Source: Naegleria gruberi
Taxonomy: Eukaryota
Direction: 5' to 3' (one strand)
DNA length: 64,000 nucleotides
NCBI GenBank assembly: GCA_000004985.1
Contig: GG738880.1
Shown: positions 35,669 to 47,039 of the stretch, one piece after another
How positions within the stretch are numbered: the first letter of the stretch is position 1
Layout of the letters: every line of letters starts with the position of its first letter
The notes under the pieces: generated by a model
Databases searched by the model: none
Seen by the model: the letters and a program-made list of their open reading frames with translations, nothing else
What the model was told of the DNA's origin: nothing
Translations under genes and position numbers: made by a program

Positions 35669-37009
35669 CTTGTTGTTGTTAAATATATTATTTAAGGTTA
35701 TTAGTTGTTGTTGGATTAATACAATGCTGTTTGGATATTGTTAATAAATAGAGAAATGATGAAGGTTATTAACAATTATATATTTAGGAAGGGTATTATA
35801 TGAAGGGGTGGAATATATAATAATGGATGATGAGAATGATGGTAGAATATTAAGCGTTTGTACACCAATATTAAGCAATATCAAACTATTGAAAAGTGTA
35901 TACAAAGAGGATTACCTTCTTCTGTATATTTAGAGTCGAGTTTGGTAAGGATTCACCTTTGAAGAGATGAGGTGTAATGGTGGTGGTTGTTGTTGCTCTA
36001 TTTTATTTTGTTGTTGCTTGATTGCAAGTGAACCTGGGAGCCAATGCCTTAATAAAGAGCGAAGAATACATCCCTGGCAAATTCAAGGTTTGTCTCTCCC
36101 ATCAAGAGACCATTTGGAAACATGTTCTTCTTAATGTTCAATAAAAACTCAGTAAAAACAATTTGTTTATATTATTAAGCTTCCTTAATAGATTCCGACA
36201 ATGACCTAAAATTGTCAGTTGGTTCTGAAATAGTACTTTGATTTATCAATTCCAAATTATATATTGGAATGGAGTACTTAGGCTGTATACTTATTTAGAA
36301 AAGAATTCCATCGAAACAGTTGTGGAAGATCCTCCATTTGTTAAGCTGAGAGTGTACAATGTTTCATCCTTGGACCCTTTCTTCCAAACAGCAACTGATA
36401 TATCTTCCCGCTTAATTGATTCTTGATCAATGGCAGTTATTAAAGTCAGGTGCTAATCTCTTATAAAAATCCAGTACTATTGTGTGTACTGTGGGAATGT
36501 TCAGCAACCATTCATTTCCATTCCTGTTGAAAATTTAGATTTCAATGGTTAATATTGCCATTTATAGATATGTTTCTCCATAGTTTTTGTTAGTTGCCCA
36601 TCAATATCTTTTGTGCAAAATCTAAGAAATTGGTGGCAAACAAATAAATTTACCTTAATAAAAAATCAATCAGAAATGACAATATTCAGTGATCATACTT
36701 GTTTAAAACCTAATTGGATGAATACTACTTAATTTTAGTTTTTAAATACTAATATTTTTTTGTAAATATTCAATAAAATTGAACCTTGAAATTGTTGGAT
36801 AAAAATAACCTCCTTTCTCTTGTCGGCTGCAGTCCTAAAACAGCCAACAATAATTTCGCCGCCATCAAGATTCGCCTTTGTCTATTAATTTCTCGATGAT
36901 CATCATTAAAACCAATAAATTTCACCCGAGCCAGGATTTGAGCTGTTTTCCAATATTAAAACAAATACCTCAACAACTCTAGTAAATATTTAAACATAAA
37001 GTCAAAAAG

Positions 37010-37687
37010 ATGATGAAACAAATTAGCTCTTCCTCAAACAAGAAATTGCTCACCTCCCTCACTTGTTCAACTTTGAGAAACTTTTCGACCCGATCATTGT
37101 GTGCCTTTAAGGAAGTTGAATTTTTGGATATTCGTGAATCATTGGAAGGTGCCTCTGCCAAGCATGTTCAAGTTGTCGATGTCAGAACTCAACAAGAATT
37201 TGAAACAGCTGAACACAAATTCAATATTGGTTTCAATTTACCAGTCCAAACTCTTTCTTCCAATATTTCCCTTCTAGATACTTCCAAGCCAGTTTATGTC
37301 GTTTGTCAATCTGGTTTGAGAGCTAAACGTGCTGCTGAAATGTTGGATAACAGTGGATTCAAAGATGTCTATTGCATTAAGGGAGGTTTCAATGATATCA
37401 AAAATAAGGCCACCTCCAATGATCCAATTGTTGCCAAGAGAGACACCAATGCTTCTCAAGTCTGGTCATTGGAAAGACAAGTCAGATTCACAGCTGGTAT
37501 GTTCGTTGCAGCTGGTGTTGCTGGTTTCCTCGCTAGTGGAAATCCATACTTTTTGGCAGTGCCTGGATTTGTTGGTTGTGGTCTAATGTTTGCCTCCATT
37601 ACCAATACGTGTGCTATGGGTGCAGTCTTACTCAAAATGCCATGGAACAAGGTTAACCCAAATGTATGTCCTGTAATAAAGAAATAA
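37010..37687 (+). CDS. Rhodanese-domain sulfurtransferase fused to a C-terminal DUF2892 (YgaP-like) two-helix membrane domain. The N-terminus looks like an organellar presequence.
   Basis: The rhodanese fold starts at VQVVDVRTQQEF, and the active-site Cys loop is VYVVCQSGLRAKRAAEML (CxxGxR). The C-terminal ERQVRFTAGMFVAAGVAGFLASGNPYFLAVPGFVGCGLMFASITNTCAMGAVL matches the YgaP/DUF2892 pattern. The N-terminus is Ser/Thr/Arg-rich (MMKQISSSSNKKLLTSLTCSTLRNFSTRSL). Confidence 0.75.
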   Translation: MMKQISSSSNKKLLTSLTCSTLRNFSTRSLCAFKEVEFLDIRESLEGASAKHVQVVDVRTQQEFETAEHKFNIGFNLPVQTLSSNISLLDTSKPVYVVCQSGLRAKRAAEMLDNSGFKDVYCIKGGFNDIKNKATSNDPIVAKRDTNASQVWSLERQVRFTAGMFVAAGVAGFLASGNPYFLAVPGFVGCGLMFASITNTCAMGAVLLKMPWNKVNPNVCPVIKK

Positions 37688-38406
37688 TACTTTATCTTGT
37701 TCCTATTTTATAATGACTCGTGATATTAAGTGAATAAGGACAAGGTTACTCAACTTTCAAGGTATTCTTCTTTAACATGGTATTGAATACAACACAATTA
37801 TTTTACAAAACCAATTTCAGTTCCTTAATGTCTCTTCCCCATGATTTTGTATGTTGACCAAACAAGGTCAAGTTGAACTCTAAAATTAAAATAATTCGGT
37901 CAAACTTTCCATATTTTAAAAAAATAACGAAAAATACTCTTGTGGCGTTGTGGCTCATTTTGGAAGAAAAGCCACCATCGCAACAACAGAGAGATTTTGT
38001 ACAAAATCCTCACATTCAATCTAAAACAAATAACCACTACATCATACAATTATTTATTTATTAATATTCGGCATCATCAGGAAGCACTTTAATAACTACG
38101 CACCGAGGCCGAAAGATAGTCAGAGGCATCAATCAATTAACCTCCCAAAAATCCCTTGTTGTGCTGCTTTGAGTTTGTGAGGATCTCTCTCATTGTACAC
38201 AATTAACAATTGCTAATTCAACTCTAATTTATATTATCAAATTCTCAGAGAAAAAGACATTAAAACCTCTGTTTGTCCTCTCTCTGACAACAAACCAACC
38301 ACCATACCAATTTACAAACATACTAATCGATCCTCCTCTCATTCTCTTGGTGTGATCCTACAACAACAATAATAATACTCAACCAGTACAAGAGAAGATT
38401 TTCAAT

Positions 38407-40239
38407 ATGGGAAATACAAAGTCCAACAATAAGATACCTGCCATTCTTTGTGAACCTACCTATCACATCTATTCTGATACTGGTGCTTGGGATGTGGCCA
38501 CATTGAAAAAGTTGGTCATTGATGGTCGACTTGCTCCATTCTATCCACCTGTTTCTGAAGTACCACCAATTCCTACAACTAATACCAACAACAATACAAT
38601 AATTACTACTACTGCCAATCATTCTCATCATCATACTAACAATAACTCAACTACCACCACAACTTCACAAGAACAAAACCGTGGGAGAAAACGATCAACA
38701 AATTCATCAACTCCTGATCGTAAATCATCCATTCTCTCCCGATTCCATACCATTCTTCATGTAAATAATAATAACAATGAAAATAACAATCATTCAACAG
38801 CTGTTGAACAAACTTCCTCTGCTGAACCACAAGCACCAAGACCTCTCGATGAATTTTACGATGAGTGTCCTATCTGTATGATGTACTATCAGGGAGGAAT
38901 GAACGTTGCCAAATGTTGTTCCCAACGAATTTGTTCAGAGTGTGTTATTCAAATATGTAAACAAGGACCAAAGCATGCAGAGACTAGCTCAGTTTGTCCC
39001 TTCTGTAAATCTTGTCCTTTCAAGATTGACTACAAGGGACCAAAGCCATGGTCTCAACGTTGTAGAGAATTAGAAGAAGAACAAGCTGTCATTCAATTGA
39101 AAATTAAACATCAACAAGAGGAAGACAAGCAACAGGAAGAGGAAAGAAAGAAACGTTTAGAATCTTCCAACTCTCTCAATAACTCTCAACAAGATGCTTC
39201 CATACTGAGTAATTTAACAAGAAACAACAATACTAATACCAGTTTCACAAGTACTACAACCACCACTACCACTAACACCTTGTCTAATAATAATAGCTTT
39301 TCTTCACCAACCATTTCTACTCCTTCCACCAATTTGGTCAATCCTGCTTCTGGTATTTCATTCCTGGAGACATACTTTGCCAATAGACGTATGAATGAAC
39401 ATCAACATCAACAACAACAACAACAAACTGAAGAAAGTTTAACCACCACTACTAACAATTCTACCACACCTACCTCCTCTACCTATTCCACACAAAATCA
39501 AGACAATGATGATTCTTACTTTAGATATATTTTCGGAACAGACAGAGCTCCTTCATCACCAACAAGAACATTGCAACATGCTCTCATCTCTCGTCTTCAG
39601 AATCGATTCTTCATAGAGGATGATACTGCTGATGAGGATGAAGAAGAGGATGAACACGACTATTTGGGTTACTATTTGGCAGGTAATCGTTCGCCAATCA
39701 GAAGACCTGCTGGTCCAATTTATAATAACACTAACAACAATACTAGAGTTGGTACACCAAATAGAGCTACTAATAACAATGCTGCAATGAGTTCTTCTAC
39801 TGTCACTCCAACAACAAACAATATCTCTTCAACACCAGCCAATGACCACATTGAAGGATTGCCAACCTTTTCTGATTTCATTCCAAATTCCATTGATGTC
39901 ACTAACGTGTCGGCTGATGACGAAATGTTGAATGAGGCCATTCGTCTCTCACTGTTGGAACAAGGAACCACTCACCATGAGTCTGTGATTTTGGATTTTA
40001 ATATTCCTATTAATCATACAAATACTAGTAATAATATCAGTAATAATATCAGTGTAGGAATTAACACCACAACAACTCAACAATCAATTTCCATCTCACC
40101 AATCATTTCATCACCACTCTCAACTCTTCCAAATCATTCGGCAAATACAAATCAGACAATCAGTAATAGTTCTGTCACTTTTGAAGAAAATGATGAGGAA
40201 CTTCAAATGGTTCTCAGATTGAGTTTGTTGGATAAGTAA
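38407..40239 (+). CDS. RING-type E3 ubiquitin ligase with two C-terminal ubiquitin-interacting motifs and an N-myristoylation signal, 610 aa.
   Basis: MGNTKS N-terminus. The RING-like Cys cluster is CPICMMYYQGG.NVAKCCSQRICSECVIQICKQ...CPFCKSCPF. Two UIM consensus motifs are present: DDEMLNEAIRLSLLEQG and DEELQMVLRLSLLDK. The linkers are Asn/Thr/Gln-rich low complexity. Confidence 0.7.
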   Translation: MGNTKSNNKIPAILCEPTYHIYSDTGAWDVATLKKLVIDGRLAPFYPPVSEVPPIPTTNTNNNTIITTTANHSHHHTNNNSTTTTTSQEQNRGRKRSTNSSTPDRKSSILSRFHTILHVNNNNNENNNHSTAVEQTSSAEPQAPRPLDEFYDECPICMMYYQGGMNVAKCCSQRICSECVIQICKQGPKHAETSSVCPFCKSCPFKIDYKGPKPWSQRCRELEEEQAVIQLKIKHQQEEDKQQEEERKKRLESSNSLNNSQQDASILSNLTRNNNTNTSFTSTTTTTTTNTLSNNNSFSSPTISTPSTNLVNPASGISFLETYFANRRMNEHQHQQQQQQTEESLTTTTNNSTTPTSSTYSTQNQDNDDSYFRYIFGTDRAPSSPTRTLQHALISRLQNRFFIEDDTADEDEEEDEHDYLGYYLAGNRSPIRRPAGPIYNNTNNNTRVGTPNRATNNNAAMSSSTVTPTTNNISSTPANDHIEGLPTFSDFIPNSIDVTNVSADDEMLNEAIRLSLLEQGTTHHESVILDFNIPINHTNTSNNISNNISVGINTTTTQQSISISPIISSPLSTLPNHSANTNQTISNSSVTFEENDEELQMVLRLSLLDK

Positions 40240-41171
40240 TGTACAAAAAAAACAAAACACATTAAAGAATTCTATTTTATCTTCTTGTTTTTTTCAATCA
40301 TTTCTCTGGAGAGGTACAGATTTCCTTCTCCCTTAATTGAATTATTTCAATAAGCTTCGAACTGGTTGATTCAAATTACTTCTTTTGAATCAACCCGTGG
40401 TTGGATGTTAGTACCGAGAGTGCCTTGACAATCACCTCATTGATATTGCTAAGTTCCAGATCAAGCTGGGATCATCCGTGGTGATGGCATCAGGAAGTTT
40501 CTCCTTGGTCAAATTTGATCATTTATTAGATGGATCTCCTTCAGCCAATATATTTGGGTTGGCGTTATTTCAAATGGTGAATTAGCTCTACTAGGATGCT
40601 ACAATTTATCCTAATTTTAAAATTGTTCATGGAGTGAAGGATTTAAAATTTGGTTTGGCTACTATTGAATATAATGATGAACAGTTACATGCACAAGGAT
40701 TTGATTTTAGAGACAATCTACAAGTTTGGTGGAAGATTTTGCTATTGCTCAGGGGCTGTGGATATTTGGAAAGCTATTTGACAATGCATTTGAAATTAGA
40801 TAGACAGAATTACACACATGATGCTAATGTTTGATAGATTGATTAGATGGAAAAATGATTGGTGCTGAGGTGAAAAAAGTAATGTCATGGTTTCTCTAAA
40901 CTACAGTATTGCATCATGTCATTTAATACTATGAAAAAACAATAATTTGTAATGATGGTTGCTATTTCTAGCTATTTCACTGCTTTTAACCCTCTTAGTG
41001 ATGCACCCATCAAAAACATTAAGCACTACTTCAATTTTAGACATCTTTAAACGCTATTTATCCAAGGTATTTTTTTCGAAATGGGTTTTGATGTTGAAAT
41101 CTATTGAGAGCAAATTGTAGTTGAAGGAAAAATCAATGAATAGTAGCTGGTGATGTTTCTACAAGAAAAAA

Positions 41172-43661
41172 ATGACAAAAGTCACTCCTGTTACTACTAC
41201 AACAACTGATAAGAGACAAAACTATGGAGCCAATGATTCAGTTTCAGATATTTTCCAAGAAGAAGAAGAAGAAGAAAATGCTCAATTGATTCAATCAAAA
41301 ACTCAACCAAAACGAACCATTAATTGTCCCCTCCGTTTATTTCTCATGACAACATTGAGTATACTTATCATTGTCTGTGCCATAACTGTTTATTTAGCAG
41401 TATTTGTTGGCATGTATTCATCAGTGGACGAATTGACCAACAAGATGATCCAAACAGTTCAAGGACAAGTCACCAATTACATTGACAGATTTCTAGGAGA
41501 GTTGAAAATGTCAAGCAAACTAGCTGCTGGCCACTATAACAATGGACTCGTTGCCAAGAAAGATTACAGACAATATCTCTATCAAGGATTCAATAATTCA
41601 GGAGTTTTTGTTGGCTACTTTTTACAGGTGAATAATCATTCTGAGAGATTTTCCTATGTGATTATAAATGGAAATTTCTTGTATACCTATCAGGATAATG
41701 GATTTCCAGGACTGATTAGAGATCGAGTTAATATCTCAACTGCACAAGTAATCAAGTATAATTTTACAGTTTCGTCTGCTCCTCAAAATTTGGAAACGAC
41801 AGAGTTTTATACTTCAGCCATTTCAGAATCGAATAGTTTGGGAGTTGAGGGCGTTTTTGGAAAACCGTTTTATGTGGTTGGAGGAGCCATTAGTTTGCCA
41901 TATGCTACCAAACTTTATTCCACAATGTATCCAGTTAAAAGCTTGATTGGAATTTGTAGAGCTACCATTCCATTGTACTTGTTGTCAGAATATTTGAGTG
42001 GTGTCAAAGTTTTTCAAAAAGGATATGTCATTTTGACAGAATTGAATAGCACAATTGCAGTTGCTGGAAGTATCAAGACCACCACCGATGATGGGAGTAA
42101 CAATTTGAGTATTTTCAATTTGACACAAAATAATGCTGGTCAACTCATGAATGACATTTCAATCAATTTTAGAGGATTAGATAATATTCCTTCTAAATTT
42201 TCAATTTACAGTATTGATACCAAGTATATTGTATCAGTTTCTAATTACAAGTTTGATAATGTGTGGAGAATGTTTATTATTGCATACGATGAAGATGTGA
42301 GCTTGACAACTAATTTGAGTATTGGAATTTCAATTGGTGTCTCGATTCTTATAATAATTATTGGAATGGTATATAGTTTGATATTGAGCAAAATGATTAC
42401 TCGAACTGTTAACTATTTAGAGGAGCAATTAATGTTTGTGAAGGTGTTTGATTTGGAGAAGGTTACACTTTCGTCCAGTATCTTCAAAGAAATGAATCAG
42501 ATTATAGATAATTTACACACGACAGTATTGTGGTTGAAACAGGTAAAGCCATTTATTCCAGCCACTGTGTTTTATCACATTCAGAGCCAAAATGATGAAA
42601 ACCTTGCTGAAGATAATGAAAAAGCTCAAGATTCGAATAAGCAAACAATTCATGATAAGAATGGTGATTCAAAGAATATAGATGTGCGTGGCTCCTCTTC
42701 ACTAGATTCCAAAACGAAAAGCTCTTCACTTTCACTCAATAAGGATGCCAATTCATTATTTAAAATGGGATTGTCAAGGAAAACCTGTGCCATTCTTCAT
42801 ATCACATTCAATAAGTTTGAATTACAAACAACACATTCGGATATTTCAGTCACTCTGTCTAAGGTTTCGACCATGATTAGAAACATTGCCAATATTCATC
42901 AAGCTCACTTTCAAATCAACTCTTCTGAAGATATCATTATTGTAATCGATCAGAAATCAAATAAGAAACATCCATCAGAAATTGCACTTGAATGTGCTCT
43001 CAAAATTACTAATATCATTCATTCCACTAACAATTTACTGAAAGAAAATGATTTAAATGGTTTGGATTTCTTTATTGGAATTTCAACAAGTGATAATTCA
43101 CATGTTGGAAATATTGGATCTAATTCGTTCAGATTCTTCTCTTTCATATCAAATTCTAGAAAGATTGCAATGAATTTGGCTATTTTGGCAAGCTCACTTG
43201 GAGTTAGAATTCTCCTCGATGAAGAGACATTCAACAATACCAAGCAGAAGTTTATTACAAAACCAGTAGATAGAATATTATTGGAAGGTTCCATTCATTC
43301 TTCACAGACAAGTAACATTGCAAATGTTTATGAATTGGTCAAGGAAAAAGCTGTTGCCCAAGATGAATGGCTTTATGAGCTCGATAATTTGAATTCGAAT
43401 AAGGAACTTGAAAGTTTGAATGGTGTATTCTCGATATTTAAGGAGATTCCACAAGAGAAAATAATTCCAGAATTGGATAGTAATTTGGCATTGATTAATT
43501 CGTACCTTGAAAAATCTCCCAATGATGTTGCTGTCAGTAATTTATTGAACATTTTGGAGTATTATAAGCATGTGTGTGGAGGTGATGGTTTTGGAGAAGT
43601 GCTGACTCGTATTAGAAACTATTGCAAAAAAGTGAATTATCAGATAACAACCATGCAATAA
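41172..43661 (+). CDS. Membrane sensor with an extracellular ligand-binding-type domain and a degenerate class-III nucleotidyl-cyclase homology domain (ACG-like), paralog 1, 829 aa.
   Basis: ATG start. TM1 is LMTTLSILIIVCAITVYLAVFVGMY. An extracytoplasmic region of about 330 aa follows, then TM2 (ISIGVSILIIIIGMVYSLIL). The cytoplasmic cyclase-like blocks are CAILHITFNKF...IIIVIDQ...FFIGISTSDNSHVGNIGSNSFRFFSFISNSRKIAMNLA. It is homologous over its full length, including the C-terminal EWLYEL block, to the gene at 51189..53752. Confidence 0.55.
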   Translation: MTKVTPVTTTTTDKRQNYGANDSVSDIFQEEEEEENAQLIQSKTQPKRTINCPLRLFLMTTLSILIIVCAITVYLAVFVGMYSSVDELTNKMIQTVQGQVTNYIDRFLGELKMSSKLAAGHYNNGLVAKKDYRQYLYQGFNNSGVFVGYFLQVNNHSERFSYVIINGNFLYTYQDNGFPGLIRDRVNISTAQVIKYNFTVSSAPQNLETTEFYTSAISESNSLGVEGVFGKPFYVVGGAISLPYATKLYSTMYPVKSLIGICRATIPLYLLSEYLSGVKVFQKGYVILTELNSTIAVAGSIKTTTDDGSNNLSIFNLTQNNAGQLMNDISINFRGLDNIPSKFSIYSIDTKYIVSVSNYKFDNVWRMFIIAYDEDVSLTTNLSIGISIGVSILIIIIGMVYSLILSKMITRTVNYLEEQLMFVKVFDLEKVTLSSSIFKEMNQIIDNLHTTVLWLKQVKPFIPATVFYHIQSQNDENLAEDNEKAQDSNKQTIHDKNGDSKNIDVRGSSSLDSKTKSSSLSLNKDANSLFKMGLSRKTCAILHITFNKFELQTTHSDISVTLSKVSTMIRNIANIHQAHFQINSSEDIIIVIDQKSNKKHPSEIALECALKITNIIHSTNNLLKENDLNGLDFFIGISTSDNSHVGNIGSNSFRFFSFISNSRKIAMNLAILASSLGVRILLDEETFNNTKQKFITKPVDRILLEGSIHSSQTSNIANVYELVKEKAVAQDEWLYELDNLNSNKELESLNGVFSIFKEIPQEKIIPELDSNLALINSYLEKSPNDVAVSNLLNILEYYKHVCGGDGFGEVLTRIRNYCKKVNYQITTMQ

Positions 43662-43773
43662 ATATTTACTTATTACTCCCTGGATTGATGATGAAATAAA
43701 AACAGGCACATGCCACTACAATACAAGATTGGAAAAGATGGTCAAACAAAAGAATAATGCTGTTGAAAATCAT

Positions 43774-45640
43774 TTAATTTACAGTTTGATATAATGGTTC
43801 TGATTCCTTTGTCTCAGTAGTGGCAACACCTCTAATCAATCTGGATAATCTTGATCTGCTTACTGCCATCACGCAGAAGAGAGAACATGTTAATAACAAG
43901 ACACCCAAAAGAATTGCCAACAAGATCCAAAAGATTGTTGTCAAACTTCTTTGCTCATTGTAATTGTCCCTAATGCAAATATCAGCTTCATAATTCTTGC
44001 ATTCCCTGCACCAATTTACAGGAATGGCATCTCTTTCACAAATCGATTTAAAGCTAGTGAATGTGCAATTAAAGTCGGTGTCCTTTCCTGGTTGACATCC
44101 CTTTCCACCCAAAGATTTCAAAGTATATTCAGCGAATCTGTTATCACTATATCCTCTATTGTAAACAATCTTGATGTAAAAATCGTTAATGGTTGGTTTT
44201 TGTCCTTGGGGAACTGAATCACTTAGGTGCAATTCAACTAAAATTTGAGATCCATATGGAGGATTTTTTTGAAGCTCAACATAATCATCTGACAACTTTA
44301 AGGCAGCCATGAGTGAGAGAATACTCACATCGTGAGCACTGTAATGAATATACTTGTATGGTATTGTCTTACTGGCTCCCAGATCAGCTCCATAATTATT
44401 TGGTGGCTTTGGGGTTGATAATCCAGTCAATTTATCAATCATCTTGTTCATTTCGACAATCATGTTTTGAACAAGTGGTCCACCTCCAAGTTTACCTTGA
44501 ACTTTTCTATTGAATACCATAAATGTTGCGACGTCTCCCAATTCTTGGATCATATCCCAAATCTTGACAAGTTCTTGCAATTTCAATTGCTTGTGGGAGT
44601 ATTGAACATTTAAAAGATCATAGACCATATAAAAGTTGGCAAAATCAATAGTCTTCCAAGCAGGATACTTGAATCCAGCTTCACTCCTCAATGCTCTAAA
44701 GTATTCATCAGCAAATTTTCTATCGGAAAGTAATTTGTAGAAAGGAATTTGCTTTTGATTTTCATATGGACTGATGAATGAATTGATCATGTTCATAACA
44801 TGATTGCCTGATCCTTCCTTGAGACTATTATCAAACGGAATTTCAGTAACATTGGAAATGAAAGCCAAGGTTGGCTTGTACTTGTCAAGAATCTTGAAAA
44901 ATTCTGAACTTTGTTGATAATTTTCATTATTCAAATCAATAGTTGGACACTTTCCATAAGCACTCATCCAAATTTCATTGACATTTTCCTTAGTATTAAT
45001 TGGAATTGGTTGCATTTGATTTGGAAGAGCTCTCGCTTGTCCAGTAATTGAAATATCAGCAACTGGTCCATTTCCAGCAGGGAACATTGCTTGTGAAATA
45101 CTAAAAACTGAAAAGAGAGTTCTATCATAATCGGTAGCATAAAATCTAAAATCTCTTGGATTCCAATGAGCTGTCGTTTTCACATCACTATTTTCTGGAT
45201 AAATTAAATCGGCAATGACATTTGGATTTGGTGCTATTTTTCAATATCAATATGTAATGATAATTGATGATTAATAATAATCATGCAAACAAACCTCCAG
45301 TCTCATTAATAACTCTCGATAAATATCTTGCATTAAAATGTTGTCCAACAATATTACATTGTTGAAGACCCAATCCAGTGAGTTGTCCCTCACCAAATTC
45401 AATAGGACCCGATGCATCAAATCCTGCTGTATACGAATACTTGGCCAAATCTGTTTGCCAGTCCCACGGATCTGTCGGAACTTGATAAATAGTCACTGGA
45501 GATCGATCACAATGTCTCGACAAGACTTGTACCTGAACAATTTTACCCTCAGCGACCATCATCGTCATACTAAGGGTAGATGCCAGCAAGAGCAGCACAA
45601 TAAAGGAAAATAAATTTCCCCTCATTTTGAGTTGTTGCAT
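43774..45640 (-). CDS. Histidine acid phosphatase (lysosomal/prostatic acid phosphatase family) with a C-terminal TM anchor. Exons are 45285..45640 and 43774..45232.
   Basis: Exon 1 encodes a signal peptide and the RHGXRXP motif (VLSRHCDRSPV). It ends at a GTTTGT donor. A 52-nt intron (45233..45284) joins in frame to ORF 43774..45183 (...GAPNPNVIADLIYPENSDVKTTAHWNPRDF...), which carries the downstream HD motif (YSAHDVSILSLMAAL) and a C-terminal TM helix. Confidence 0.8.
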
Positions 45641-46194
45641 TTTTTCAAAAAGGTCTAATAGCTTACTCAATGAAATTATAGTACTACCTTAATAGTGGAA
45701 TTCAGTAAGGAACCAATTTAAGAACAGATTTGTTCTCAATTAATAATGATTCTATAAAATGAATTTATTCTTATGTTTAAGGAAATAAGGTCAATCGTTA
45801 GATTTTAGGTGAAAGAAATGAAATCTAAAGAAAAAACAAGATTTTTAAGGTTTTAAAATCATTGGAGAAAGATGTCTAGCCAGCAGGAATTTCCAGACTT
45901 CTTTTTCAAGGTAGTTCAACTCCAGCTATTTTGATATGAGCTGATGAAATATCTTCTATCTCAATTAATTTAACAGATATTGAAATAATAAATTGTGTAG
46001 AGAGAGAATATATCACTGGGAATCTATCTTCTTCTAAAGAATGTTTCTCATCCCTTATTCATTGAATATAATAGTAAAGTATCACAAATATTAAATGCAA
46101 AATGTCCAATTGTGAAAATTACAGGAAAAGATAATTCTCTGGTAGAGAATGGATGAATGACATGCTGTTCGTGATGTTTTAGTGAGAAGTCAAT

Positions 46195-47039
46195 ATCCAC
46201 ATCATGTGAAAAACAATAAAAACATGAAAATATAAGATATCCACGATTTTCACAAATTATGCTACAAGACTCGAAATTATACATTCAACAACATAATAAA
46301 CATTATGAATTGTTGTTTTATTGTTGTTTGATTTGTAATTGGGCTATGAATCAACTCTGTAGCATGAAATATCGGAACTTGGTAAATTGACAACATGATG
46401 AAAATCTGATAATAAATACCTCTCCTACCTACTATTGACCATTCCGAACAATAATACATTGACACTTTTCCAACTTGTCCAGTAGATCCAGCAGTGATGA
46501 TGAATTTAGTGAAAATTTTGACATTTCACCAAAATTACATTGCTAAAAATTAATTTCCACAAATACTATTATTATATTGATGGAAAACAATAATGATGAT
46601 GGTTGGTGAATGATCCGATGATGGAACACCAACTTGGGATTTTCCAGCATGAAAAATAAATTCCAATTTCATGATGATAATGAACCAATAAAAATTACTA
46701 TTATTATTACTATATAGATCATGTTGAGATGATGATGTGAAAGTTTGGTGGTTTCATGATGTAAAACCACTCCGAAAATCATGATGTCCTCCTTGAGTAG
46801 AAGAATGTTGAATATTTTTTTATGAAGTTTTTGTGAGAATGGCGTAGCAGTTGTATTATTGGTGAAGTTATGGTCTATGTCTTTCAAAATTAAGTCCATC
46901 ATGATGATAATCCACTAATAAAATTACTACTATTCAGATCATGTTGAGGGGTTCGATTTATCTCTTGTTTTACTGTAACAAGTATTGCGCCCAAAATTGT
47001 TAAGGTACTTCCCGTGTGCTAAACTCAAGCTCCAAAAAA
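46195..47039 (+). repeat. Copy A of a duplicated ~0.85-kb non-coding segment that lies upstream of the histidine-kinase 5' region.
   Basis: About 97-98% identical to 48291..49274 (copy B). Copy B carries an extra ~140 bp at about 48517..48656. Both copies run from CATCATGTGAAAA... to ...GATTATTTAGCGAGTAA. Confidence 0.85.

Noticed and set aside
46048-46465. Minus-strand ORFs of 62-78 aa (MYNFESC...) duplicated at 48117..48374.
   Set aside because: They lie in the duplicated non-coding upstream segment. They have no domain or codon-usage support, and they are conserved only because the DNA repeat is.
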